Shown here: positions 50,400-62,949 of the stretch, piece by piece
Numbering within the stretch: the stretch's first letter is position 1
Layout of the letters: each line of letters opens with the position of its first letter
Assembly: GCA_965655095.1 (NCBI GenBank)
Contig: OZ296656.1
Span: forward strand, 12,710,001-12,774,000
Direction of reading: 5' to 3'
Source of the DNA: Haplodiscus bocki
Taxonomy: Eukaryota
DNA length: 64,000 bases
Program-made: the position numbers and the translations under genes
Notes under the pieces: model-generated
What the model was told of the DNA's origin: nothing
The model's input: the letters and a program-made list of their open reading frames with translations, nothing else
The model's database searches: none

Positions 50400-53292
50400 G
50401 TTTGATACAAGTGACCATCAAAAATAAGTAATTCAAAGTAGTTCAAAGCGTGAACTAAAATGCATTCGCAGGAAAAATATGCTGGAATTCTTGATTTGAG
50501 AACAAAACTCAAAACATTTTTGATTCGGAAACGCGGAAAGAAACTTTAAGTGTGGAGAATTAAACCTGGCAGGCAATGTGACATTCAACCTTTATGGAAA
50601 ACCTATAACGCATGTTATCAGTTTCCTTGGAGTTGATCTGGCTGAGATATCAACCTATCGTCGATTGGGTAATTACAATGATCAAGCTTCGCAACCCCAG
50701 TAAAACCTCGTGAAGTTCAAGCGCAGTCTTACTATGCACAAAAAGGCTTGGCGCTATGTTGACTTTGTATGAACCTTTGTTCACTGATCAAAAGTTCACT
50801 TTTTTGTTTCGAAGTCTCGAAAAATGAGAACAGGAAAAAGAACAAAAATTTTTCAAGGAACGAAGAGAATTACCAGATAGTGGCACAGTAGATCCTGAGA
50901 AAAGAACAATACGGAAAAAAGCCTTTACTTTGAAACGCAAACTTGTAAAACCCGACGAATCAGAATAGTTGGAGTAAAAAGAACTGATTATTTAAGAGAA
51001 CAACATCTGAAGGTTGTTTATGCAAGAAAGTTGTCAAAAGATTGCTAACGATTCTTTGGTTGAAAATGTTGGATAAGATGCTCATCGAAATACTGGTTGA
51101 CAAGTATAATACAAACTAAGTAACCTTCCTCCTAGACGACGGCATCACACGTTCAGACACAGAAAACGTCAACGGCAAGTTTTCATATGGCGGAACACGA
51201 ATTTGCGTTAGAATATTTCACAAAGCTAAAAAAAGTTCTGTCTGTCTTCCAAAAGCAATGGTTCGGTAGTAGCATGTAGAATGAAAAACAATGCGAAAAA
51301 ACTTGATCATTTTAATGTTACGCTACGCCAGATTAAAGCCCTTACTGCCATTGGGCCTAGGATTTTGCTGAGTTTACCCAATTGCTAACAGCTGTCATGA
51401 AAAACGTTGAAGATTTTTTATCGAAAAAGGATTTAAAACTCCGATCGTTTGAGTAGAATTTACAGCCAAAAATCACTTTTTGGTTCAATGTTTTCTGGAC
51501 ATCTTAGGTTCAAACCGTCTTGAGCAGAAAATTGGTTTTCTAACAGCAGCGTCAAAAATCTTTGATATTTTGTTTGTCAGCAGCAATATCCAAAAGTTGA
51601 ACTGAAGCCAATATGTACGAAATCTTAGCTTTGAACAAAGTGGAGTCATTTTCCTATCTGTCAAGTTGTTAGTGCAAGTATACAAACGTGGTGTTCGAAT
51701 CATTTAAACAGTAATTCAGTTTTTATTTTCTGAAGATGAAGTTGAAACTTTATAGAGGAAACGATCAGAAAAGAAAACTTTTCAATTTACTGCTGGTCAA
51801 ATATTGACTGTCTCTCGGATGATTGGAACAAATGGTTTCATGTTATCCTGCAGCAAACAGAATCTATACGAACACTGCACCGTGTTAAACTACCGCAGTC
51901 AATCAAAAAACTTCTCAAAACTTGAAATGCTTACAAACAGCACAGATATGTTACTCCTTGTCGAACAAGAAAGTGCAAAAACTCCAACTCTTCATTTTTT
52001 GCTTGAAAAAGTCATCGATTAGAACAGAAGCCATTTTAAAGAACAATTTTTCTCCACACATTCTTTTTCAAAACGTTTCAAAAGCTTTGTAGGCATCAGA
52101 AAAAAAATCGCTTTCGACATTGTTACATGGTCAAGTTCAAGTAATGCAGAAGCTGACAAATTGGAGGTACAACTTTTTGTCTAGTTTCTTCAAACAGTCT
52201 ACAAACAAACTTCAGGTTCCTTTGGAACATCCCAAAACAGTTGACAAGCCTACAAACGCCCAAATGCATCAACGAAGAAAAGGCAACAGAAGTCTGCAGC
52301 AATTTCGAGTTTACCGAAAACAAAACAGAGAACATATTACTTCCAAGTTTTTAGCCTTACTCATCTGTCAAAATGGCTAAATCGCAGAGTCATATCTATT
52401 GCGAATTACTTCAAAATTCAGTTGCCCCAACTTGGTTGAAAACAGTAAGAGTGAGTCAAATACTCAAAAAACGACACACATGTACAGTACACAGATCTCG
52501 ACCAGTTCCGCCAACACGATCTGAAACATTTGAAAAAATTCTGGCTGGAAGACTTAATAACCCGTCCGCCTATTATGGAATTAACCTATCCAAGTGAGTT
52601 TTCTAGGAGAAACAGTCTACATTTTTGCAAAATCTGGCTTTCCCAGATGAAATATTCTAGGATTTTGAAAACAACAAAACAGTAAGGATCTTTCTCCCAG
52701 ACATTAATAAAGCCTTCGATTGTGTTGATCATGGTTTGCTTTGCACGAAAATTTTAAAATACGGGAGTTGAGGAAAATACGTGCACTAGGTGAAAAATTT
52801 GATTGTGAAAAAAACAACTGTCAAAATAAAAGGATCACTGTACACAGCAAAATTGGTGACAAACGGAATTCCAGAGGGCAGTTTTCTGGGCCTAATGTTG
52901 TTCCTTCTTTATCTATATACCTTGCCAGTAACCTCCCATACTGCTTAGTCCCTGTTATTTGCTGTTAATGCAAATTTTAAAAGTATCCCTTGGTGCCAAG
53001 ACGTCTTCTAAAGTAGTTGATTGCCATATTTCAATCTAGCATGGACAGCAGGTTCTTTTAAACATCAACATTTGCTCTCTCATTGGAAATGGCAAAATTC
53101 GTGACCAATTTCGAATTTTATTTGGACAACATATTCGTCTCGAGACAACATCACGCAGTTTTTTTTGTATCACATAGATTGCAGGTTTCTGCTGGAATCA
53201 GCACATTGAAGAAAGGTTTTCGCAAGCAACGAATTTTTTTCACAAGATCAGAAGAACTAACTCCAATTTGAGTGGGAAAACAGAAGTGAATT
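50400..53292 (+). mobile_element. Degenerate LINE (APE endonuclease + RT)
   Basis: APE-like YWLT..ITRSD..YGG (51080-51210); RT motifs WLKTVRV..LKK..RPV..ETFEKIL, DINKAFDCVDHGLL, GIPEGSFLGLMLFLLY (52400-52970). Confidence 0.8.
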
Positions 53293-55714
53293 AGTAGTGG
53301 AAGGGGGCGGGGGGAAGGGTTAATGCACAGTTTAAACTTTCCGACAGCCTTGAAGAAAATTATCTTCAAACTTACATATCAAGGAAACAATTTTCTGATC
53401 AAATTTAGAAGCTAACTTCAATTTCAATGTTGATTTCACAAATATATAGTCCGTATAAGCAAGGATCTTGTCATAGAATTTCGGAACCATTCAACAATGC
53501 AAAACGTCACAGTCATCCAGCCAAACTGCAGTTTTGTTTCAAAAAAAGCACAAAACAAATACATCGGTTCCAAAGCCAGTGTGGCACCAATACGATTTAG
53601 CGCTCAACAAAAGCATACAATTCGTAATTTTGTAGGATCGAAGCTATTCAAAACCACTTGCGCTGCATCATTTTTTGTTTCCAAACCATTGTTGTCTTTT
53701 GATAGTTGACAAAAAAAAACCAAGTTTTGTCTCTAAAACCAAAGCAATGTTGACACCAACGCTATCGGGCGAAAAACAGCTGCGTGCAGTTTAAGCTTGC
53801 AGGAGAAAACAAGCAGAACGTGAACAAATGGAGCTTTTGAAAAATGTTGATTTTGTTTCGTGTTCCAAAGAAGTGAGGAGGAAACAACTTAAAATGAAAA
53901 CAGCACTACTGTGATCAAAGAAAGTTCTGAAAGGAGTTTTCCAAGTAAAACCGTCGTCGGGCAAGGCTTTGAAAATTTCCTACCTACAGAGTCCAAATGA
54001 CAAAAACGAAGAGAAACAAAATCAAAGTTGGAAACATTCGATGTTTTATTACAGCAAACTCAAGTCGCTTTCACTCCATCTCCAACAAACGCATTTAATT
54101 GGTTAATAAGCGTTTTGGCCTCCCAAAAAAGACTTCCGTGTTCAGAAAAGTAGCAGCAGAGTCTTGGTTTCTAATCCCAAAACCAAAGAAACAGTTTAAC
54201 ATGCCTCAGAAACCATCAACGATGATTCCTTTGAGCCTACAGCATGGAATCTATCACGCCTCGTTAAAAGTTTAGAGTTGAGTGGATCAGTAAAAAACAC
54301 AATCCGTTTACACAAAAGGTTAGAAGAACTAAGACAAATTGCAGGCATACTGCGAAAAATCCGAGTCGAGCCACTACCAAGTGTTTTTACAGTTGCCTCA
54401 AATGCAAGGGTAGAAAAAATTCAAATTGACTGTGCCCAAATGGTTTTCAGCTTGCCATGCAGCGTCTGCAAAAACACCAACTGTACTCTACTTCGAAAAC
54501 AATCCCAAAGCTGAAGTCCGTCGCCGCCACAAAATCCTTCAGGGTGAACGGCTCAGAAGGTTATTTCAGACAAAAAACATCAATTGACTTGGGCTGTAGC
54601 TTCAAAATTGCTCAGAAATTTCAGAAAAAGAACTCTCTGGCAGGTCAAGGTGAAGACAACGAGAAATGTCGGCGAATCTACAAAAAACTTCAGGAACAGC
54701 AGAAATTCGACGCAGGTTTCAATGATACGATTTTGTGTTTTTTTTGAGATTCTACAAAAACTTTGCTGGCGAAATCGCGCAAGTGACTAGAGTGTCATGC
54801 TGAAAATCGATCTAGGAGCAAAGAAAACAAGGTGCATAAGCTCGGGCTGCAAAAACACTGCGGAACGGAGCAAAATCAGAACCAGCGAAATTAATCAAAC
54901 ACACTTGTATTCTTTTTATGATGGGGAAACTTCGGATTCAATTCTTCAAATCACTTATACACGTTTACTCTTTTGATATCAGTTGGCTCTCTACGATCCA
55001 AAGTTTTCAAGTTTAGTCATATTTCAGGTCGAAAGAATCAGTCACAATTTTGTTTTGAAAAACCATACCATTCTCAAAAACATAACAAGCAGGAACGAGT
55101 TTTTGGCTGCCTGTCGATATATCGAACAAACGACAGAAGTTCACAAAATTAAGTATGATGCCCTTTTCAGTGGGAAGATTGGAACAAGAAACAGCAAGCT
55201 CGACAAACATTTCAACCACTATAAAAATTTCCGTTCACTCGCAGTTTTTCATGACAACTACGGCTACTGGAAGCGAGTGTACATTGTCGGCTGGACTGGG
55301 TTATGTATACGATTTAATGTATGGCAAAACATTCAAAAATTTTATGCTTTTGGGTCACGTCTCAGGTAAATGTTTTGGTTGTGCTTATTTTTTTTTGATT
55401 CCAAAAATGTTCAAAGAACTACGTTTCTGATCATTATTACTGAATCAAACCTAAACGTCGGTTGGTTCACGGACTCAGGAAACCCCTTTCTCGTTTTTTG
55501 TCTACAAAACTACTTTCGGTCTTAGTCGAGGCGAAGCCATCGGCCACGTGTCCGCTGATGCTACTCGAGAAAGCACTTGAACCAGAGTCTGCTAGTGGCA
55601 GCGAGTACAATCAGAAGCACGCTGTTTGTACCATTGACTAGCTATGAAGATTGAGTCAGGCTTTCCCACTGGTTATCAGTTGTTTGGAGTACAACAGAAG
55701 TTTCGTGCTTGACA

Positions 55715-56353
55715 ATGAACAAGAGAGATGATGAAATCTCGAGTGGTTACGACAGTGATGTTTCCCGGAGAAACGCCTACAACAATGACTTGGCAAAGTT
55801 ATCGAATATTAACTCGGAGACAAAACTTTTCGATGACAACAACGAGGAGAGGTTATTTTTCAAGTTAGAATGTTTTTCAGATCACCCGGTTGAAAGATCG
55901 TTTTTGAAAATTTCAGCTCACTGCAATGTTCTTCTCATCGTGATGGTAAACAGCATTACATTTTTAACAGTTTGTGACACAATCAACTATTTGGCTGCAG
56001 TCGTCTCAGCACTTTTTCCTACTTGCCTCGAAATGTGCTTTCTGGACCCAAAGGATGGACAACAACTAAACACGAAATCACAATGTTTCATTGTCGGAAA
56101 CAATTCTTTCGGGTCAGCCAAAGAAAGAACTGACCAACAGAAGCTTTTGCAACTGAGAAATAAAATTCAAGCCAAGTTTCATAAAATGTCTTTACTTTCA
56201 CAAACACTATTAACATCAGTACGACTCCATTTTTATGGAGTGCGAAGTGAGATGTTCCAAAATGGAACTCCTCCACGGATTCAACTGGGAAAACACTGCG
56301 ACAACCGAATCCTTGGAGCAAATGACGTTCATTATGGTCGACAAAAAACTTGA
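55715..56353 (+). CDS. Uncharacterised 212-aa ORF in the Polinton accessory region
   Basis: Longest stop-free ORF in the element; no family recognised. Confidence 0.4.
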   Translation: MNKRDDEISSGYDSDVSRRNAYNNDLAKLSNINSETKLFDDNNEERLFFKLECFSDHPVERSFLKISAHCNVLLIVMVNSITFLTVCDTINYLAAVVSALFPTCLEMCFLDPKDGQQLNTKSQCFIVGNNSFGSAKERTDQQKLLQLRNKIQAKFHKMSLLSQTLLTSVRLHFYGVRSEMFQNGTPPRIQLGKHCDNRILGANDVHYGRQKT

Positions 56354-56779
56354 TGAAATTAGACAAATCTGAAACTTTTTGAACTTGGTTTTTTTGTGTC
56401 GGCATCGAAACATGCGTTTGTTAATTCTGAAGCAAAATTTATATCAAAAAAACATGCACTCAACAATTAATGATTCGATTGTAACAAAATTGATATTTTG
56501 AAGCAATCATTGCGACGTGGAACAGATTGGAACCTTGCGTCGACGGTTGAACGAGAGGAACACTGAAATTGAAACTTACAAAAAATAACAGAACCCCATT
56601 TGTTAATACGTTGATCGATCTGGACATTCAGTGCCCCAAAGCTCTAAGATAGTGCATAAATTGTTCCGGTGACGAAACTACACTGTTTGTGTTTTCATCA
56701 TCCAAACTACAGCTTCCAATTGAAAACGAGCATGTAAAACTAGTATACATTTGACTTGTTTCAATCTTTCAGTCCTTTA

Positions 56780-57750
56780 AAAAAGCATTTAATTTGGAAC
56801 ATCCCATAAACAATAGACATTTTATTAGGACATGCATTTTCAAAGCTATCAGAGGAAAAAAATTGTAACAAAAATCTTTCAAGAAAAAAGAGGCACGAAA
56901 TAGCAGGCGAGGAAAAAATATGCTCCAGGAAAATCAACTTCAGCAAAAAAATGAAACTTTTCGACATCTGGCCATGGTTTTAATCTTTTGAATGTACGTT
57001 TACCATCAGTTCAGAGTCATCTGGAGAAGTTTCTTAGAATCAAACAGTAGCCTGCATGAGCTAGTCCCCATTACCAAAACTGAATATTCCCTGCTCACCT
57101 GCAAACGCAAAACCGACCTACCTCGATTACGTTGTTCCTGCGACACGGTCAAAAACTTCACCCAACCAACACGTTTTGGTCAAGGCTAACTGTGTTGTGC
57201 TAAGCGACAGCAACGTCGATACAAAAATCACTCAAGTAACACAATTGAATGTAATGTCGAGGTTTCAAGACAAGAAGAGCTCCCAAAAAATCTTGTCGAC
57301 AAAACCAGACAAACTTAGGTTCATCAGAACAGCAAAAAAAATATGATATTTTTTTAGGTTTCAGGAACAGCTGGCGGCAAAACAGAGTGGTTGCGATAAA
57401 AAAGGATAAAGAATGCCGAAAAGGACAAAGTATTTTGAGCGGAGACACTGAAACATACAAATTGACCAGTGAGACGCTGCAATAAAAGCAACAGAGTTCT
57501 TGCTACTACAGACGATCACAACAACATTGCGACCGAAGTACAAAACCGTTTTAGAGACACTACGTCTGCATAATACATGGTTCCCAATACACATGCCGAC
57601 ATGCCAAGCGAGTTGGACAATCCAACTCTCAACCAGACGGAACAACAGAAAGGGACGGTGATAACCAGAACACCTGTTTTCCTACAACAAAAGAAGAACC
57701 TAAAGCAAAATCGAAACAAATTCCAAAGAGTCAGATAATTTATTGATCCT
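56780..57750 (+). pseudogene. Two degraded Polinton conserved-hypothetical ORFs upstream of integrase
   Basis: CIFKAIRG..KICSRK..KKMKL, then ELVPITKTEYSLL and MVPNTHA, resemble the small uncharacterised genes that precede integrase in animal Polintons; recalled similarity only. Confidence 0.4.
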
Positions 57751-57942
57751 GTACTATTATGTCATCAAAAAACAACACCTAATTTTTCGGATTTGGCAGA
57801 AAAAATGTTAGAACGAGAACAATGTCAAGATTTCCGGTCTGGTGTCAAGTTTGTGGATGGATTGAGTTCAACTGCAGTGGTTGCGGAAAACGATCAACAC
57901 GGCATCTTTTCGTGCCAAAATTGTTTTGGAAAGTGAGTTTTG

Positions 57943-58930
57943 ATGAACGAACCTGAGATCGACAACGTGCACAGTAAAAATCACAGCAGTTACACAATCG
58001 TCCAGTAAAACGCCGCTGCTTTTGATAGCAGAGCAAATTTAATCAGAATTCCAGAATGCATTCCAGCTGAAATGGCTGAACATGTAGCGAAACTGTAGCG
58101 AAAACCACACTAAAGTCAAAAAGAATCAGAAGGAGTTTCGTAGATCGATAGTTGTACGATATCGACTGAACGAGATTTGGTCGATCGACTTAGCTGATAT
58201 GCCGCAGCTGGCCAGCAAAAATTGAATGATGGTATATCTGTTTTCAGCTGTTGACGTAATGAGTCGTTTTATCTGGGTGGACCAAATTGAAACTAAAATC
58301 TCTGTCCTTGGAAGAAGTTCTGCAGGTTATCAATTCGGTGAATGTGCGCAAAATCAACTCGATTGGATATGAGTTCAATCCTCTCAACCGGAAACACTTC
58401 GGGTTGATCCGGGCGATGAGTTGCGGCCGATTCCGGGATTTGTTGCAGTAATACAGTAGTGGCGATTTAGCTGACTTTTATTGAGATAGAATCTGCTCTT
58501 GATGGACAGAATATCAGGTCATTGGAAGTCTAATTTCGAAATTCACGCTCAAAATTGAGCGTAGCGTCTACTGTGTGCGCCTGGCCGACTTTGTGACTAT
58601 CATTAACAAGCGAGTCAATCCGATGACCTGACTGGCTCCGAAAACAATTGGTCAATCAGATATTCCCTATGTAGTTTCGTTTTGCCTCACAAACTCTATC
58701 TAGATACCAGAAATCAGTATCCGCATCAGAAGCAAAATTGAAACCATCCATTGTGGCTATCGAGTACAATTCACGGAAAAGTTTTTTCTTGGAAAATGCA
58801 AGTGCAGTCACAACACACCCACCAATATTTTTCGTGCAGGACTCTGAAGACAAAACCTTTCACTGCATTTTTTTGGATCAGAGCTAAATAGGTTTGACAA
58901 AAAAGCCAAATGACAAAAGATTGCAACAAC
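57943..58930 (+). pseudogene. Polinton rve-type integrase, frameshifted
   Basis: AAAFDSRANL, VVRYRLNEIWSIDLADMPQLASKN, YLFSAVDVMSRFIWV, PETLRVDPGDE, NIRSL, DFVTIINKRVNPMT.LAP, TTHPPIFFVQD. Confidence 0.9.
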
Positions 58931-58949
58931 AACACTGACTGCAAAACAA

Positions 58950-59970
58950 ACGCGAACTCACCATGAATTTGATTCCCAACGCATCAAACGATACCTTTCT
59001 CGAGAACACTTGGCTACTTCCACGACGCTTTTGAGCCTCCCAATAACCTCAGAAGGTACTGAAGCATGACACTCGTTGAAGATTGCTGGCTTGCTTTCGA
59101 AACAAAACACGTCGAGGTGAAATCAGAGTAGTTCCAGCAATCAACGTGGATAAAGCGGAGGATACAGATGGACATGGTAGTGATGATGACGATTCTTTTG
59201 ATGCACAAACAGAAAAATCATCACATTTTTTGCCTCACACGCACGTAATGATTAGTGGAGAAAACACAAAATTGATAAGAATGATACGTAAATGTAAAAA
59301 ATAACCAGACCAACTACTTGAATCATCAGCAGCAAAAAGGTTTCGACTGAAAAGCGGTTGCTCTTATGCAGCGGATTCGCTCATGACGTTTTCATCCAAA
59401 ATTCTATTTATTAAAAAACATTCGAACTTGTTTTCGTGGGATATTGACTGCCTCACTCAACACCTCAGAAAAAAATGCTTGTCCTGGCAACGCGAGGGTT
59501 CGTATATACGTCGGTTTTTTGGGGTTTCCGAGGTTATTTGGGAATGGACTGTATCTTTGATTGCCGTAAAGCCTCACAGGATCCAGGACACTAGAAAAAG
59601 ATCAGAAAGAAAAGGGGTAGAAGGAGAAACTTGACAAAAACATTACGGATATAACGGAAGGTATTGTTATCGCCAAGAGTCAATGAACCTCTACTGTGGT
59701 TGTGAACGGAAGATGTCACATTAATTTTTCCACTGTGACTTGGTTCAAAACAAAATGTTGGGAGACAGACAAACTGCTCTTGTCAGAGCTGTACCTTTGC
59801 ACGCGAATGACCGTTTATCGCTACTACAATATTCAAGGGGAGTGAGTTGTAAAGTCCTGCTTTCATTCTTCTCCTCTACGTCTCTGCAACTAAACAACTC
59901 AAATAATTTTCCTAAGTCAAACCAGGACCAACGTAACCTCTTTTTTCGAACCAACAAAAGAAAAAAAATG
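58950..59970 (+). pseudogene. Polinton minor capsid (penton) protein, frameshifted
   Basis: N-terminal TMNLIPNASNDTFLENT/LATSTTLL..PI (cf. LxSNxS..FPxNT..FxxxL) and C-terminal FHCDLVQNKMLGDRQTALVRAVP. Confidence 0.8.
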
Positions 59971-59974
59971 TGGT

Positions 59975-60509
59975 TACCACCAACACCAACACTACGATCA
60001 CCACCAAAACCACTACAAACGCCAAAACCACCACAAGCACCAAAACCACCACAAACACCAAAACCACCACNNNNNNNNNNNNNNNNNNNNNNNNNNNNNN
60101 NNNNNNNNNNNNNNNNNNNNNNNNNNNNNNNNNNNNNNNNNNNNNNNNNNNNNNNNNNNNNNNNNNNNNNNNNNNNNNNNNNNNNNNNNNNNNNNNNNNN
60201 NNNNNNNNNNNNNNNNNNNNNNNNNNNNNNNNNNNNNNNNNNNNNNNNNNNNNNNNNNNNNNNNNNNNNNNNNNNNNNNNNNNNNNNNNNNNNNNNNNNN
60301 NNNNNNNNNNNNNNNNNNNNNNNNNNNNNNNNNNNNNNNNNNNNNNNNNNNNNNNNNNNNNNNNNNNNNNNNNNNNNNNNNNNNNNNNNNNNNNNNNNNN
60401 NNNNNNNNNNNNNNNNNNNNNNNNNNNNNNNNNNNNCACTGCTATCACCATTACAAGAACACTCTGATGCTAATCTACATCTAAAACAAACACCACTTTT
60501 TCATCACAC

Positions 60510-60541
<32 letters not shown>

Positions 60542-60660
60542 TATCATCATCATCATCATCGTCATCATTGTCAACAGCACCATTTATGAGCGGCACCACA
60601 AACAATACCACCAACATCAACAACATCAAGAACACATTCATAAAATCAACCAACAGTAAA
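59975..60660. repeat. Low-complexity tract: ACC/AAC-rich repeats, 366-N gap (60071-60436) and (TCA)n (60511-60569)
   Basis: Direct observation. Confidence 0.9.
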
Positions 60661-60694
60661 AACCCTTGAAAAAACATTTTAACAATCAGACTGA

Positions 60695-61177
60695 TTCATG
60701 GGCAACCACACTCAGAAAAAAAGATCGGCATGTTTGAGTGCGTTTGCTGAGAGGTTCGGCCAAGTGGCTACTCCATTAGTTGGAAAAATGGCGCAATGGC
60801 GCCCAAGGAAAAAGGGAAACAACTTCTGAATGCTAAAACTCTACAACGAGGCAAACTTTTTCGGGAAGTAAGCGACCGTGAAAAAATTCCTGACAAACGT
60901 TGTGAAAAGTTCGGCGAACAAAGCCTCAAATAAAACTCACGGTCAGCCCAGCTGCAGCAGCTGCTCCAAAATTTCTCCGCGGTGCTGGCAACAAACCGCG
61001 CGGGCAGCGTGCAACCGAGTTGGCGATGGGCGGCTGCAAAGATATTTTCTGCAAATAACCACCACCAACGGAAACAAACAAAGGTCTTTCCAAAATCCTC
61101 TGCAAAGAGAAATTGACCCGATATTTTGTCTGGCGCTCAATATCGTAACTCACAACAACAACAGTAGCAACATTTGA
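60695..61177 (+). pseudogene. Small basic Polinton core-like protein remnant upstream of the major capsid gene
   Basis: Fragments SAFAERFGQVATPLV, KEKGKQLL, VKKFLTNVVKSSANK; position between penton and major capsid. Inference. Confidence 0.4.
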
Positions 61178-61206
61178 AGGAAAACAACTAAGCAGTCAAC
61201 CAAGCA

Positions 61207-62555
61207 ATGTGGCTTCGTATCACTTCGCAGGCAGTTCAATGGAAATTGCCAATCCTATGAAGCAGTTTGCTTTCGATTTTTTTGAAGAACCGAAAGTTTT
61301 GATCAATTATGAGGGAACCTACGATCAAGGAAAGTTTCCCACAATGGCAGTCGCTTACTGCATTTATTTTTCTTATCATCAGTCAAGAAAAAAAGCTTGA
61401 TGGTTTGATTGAATCTCACTCAGTGTTGAAGTCGCAATCTTTTGTCCAAAAACAGAAATTTCACTTGACGAATGCGAATTAGTGTTTCATAACAATACCC
61501 TTCCCACAGTATTCTCTCACGTCTAGTTGGAACTGATTGGTGAACTCATCTCACACAGCAACATTTATTTTTCTCACTTCGTTTTCATTCAGACAGAGTT
61601 GACAGTCACCAGAGACAGCGAAGATACTTGGATCAAATGCCACAGCTACAACTACCGCAAAAGCAAGACGCTAAATGGTGGAAAATTTACGTATTTGACT
61701 CGCCAATAGGTTGAGCCAATGAACGCATAAGAGGAGTCTAGGGAGCCTTGCACATTGACTTTTTCAAATGTAAATTAATTTTGGCAGAAAAAAATTTACA
61801 TTTGAGGTACTATCAATTTACCAAAAGCAAAGCTGCCTATCTTAAAAGCAGAGAAGAAGAGGCCCGGAAGCTTGATAGCAGAAATCTAGCTTCGATCGAA
61901 GAGGCCTCCTTTTTTCGAAGAGTTATTGTCACTCATAGCGTCAAACTTTGTTTTCAAAAGGCAGTACACGGAAGTTCCGCCGCTTAACCCTACGTCGAGA
62001 TTCTGAGCAAAATGTTAACTGGTCAACATAGCCCGAAATGTTTTTATCAAAAAGAACGTTTTCAGCGCAACGCCAATACGCCGCCTCAAAATGTACCTGC
62101 TAAAGAACTCGTGATTTAGAAGCACGCCGCTAAACTGCAGTCTTTTATCTCACAGGAAGTTCAATTTGGAAAACACAGAAATTCAAAAACTGGAATTGAA
62201 ATCCCACTTGCCGGCACACCGTTAGATACATGAAACAGCAGTAGATTTTCCTACATTGTCAACTTTTGTCATGGTTTTAAGGAAATCGAAGTAGCACTGT
62301 ATTGGAAAATTGTGAGACTGACCACTCTTTTCTTCTCTTTGCCGATACAATCCACAGAAGATGCAACGAAAAGCCTGCAGCTTCTCCCGAACTCACAGAT
62401 TCAAGCCGGACAATCAAAATTCAGTTCTGAAAAACTCTAAACAATTCAATTTGTTTTTGACTGCGGAAAGATGCAGCCTAGTGTTTTTTGGCTTTTCTCG
62501 GAGTGTAGCAAAGAACGCGAAGACTGATGGGTTCTTTCAGCATAACCAACAATAA
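61207..62555 (+). pseudogene. Polinton double-jelly-roll major capsid protein, fragmented
   Basis: FDFFEEPKVLINYEGTYDQ..FP, VFHNNTLPTVFSHV, ELISHSNIY..FIQTEL, HIDFFKCKLIL..LHLR, IEEASFFRRV, PYVE, PLAGTPLD, FLTAERCSLV. Confidence 0.85.
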
Positions 62556-62949
62556 CCAGATGTTTTGAAGCCGTTTGGTTTTCAAAACACGTTCTCAAAA
62601 GGGACGAACGCCAACACAAAAGGCAATTCTTACGAAGTATTTTCGACTTCTTACTCCACCACCACCTCCTTCTTGTTTTCCTCGCATCAACTGCTTTGCC
62701 TTCTTTTCATAATTTATTTTGAATCAATGAGCATTGTCATAATTGACAGTTGCTTTGCGTTCTTGAGATTCGAAATGCCTCCAAAATATTTGACTGAGGC
62801 CTCAAATCTATTTATGGGACTGTCTCGGGCTTTCCAATCTTTTCAAGGATTGTTTATACGGCAGACTGCTGCTTGTCTACAAAAGTTCCCTAACCCGATT
62901 ATACAAAGTCCAACGTCAAGTTTTTAGGGGTTGTATTGCTTGTATTTTA

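Noticed and set aside
57355-57400. VSGTAGGKT as Walker A of the Polinton packaging ATPase
   Set aside because: Spacing is Gx3GKT rather than Gx4GKT, it is flanked by stops, no Walker B follows, and nearby fragments fit a different Polinton ORF.
59740-60669. 309-aa and overlapping long ORFs in the ORF track
   Set aside because: Artefacts of reading through 366 N and simple repeats; only the first part is the penton C-terminus.
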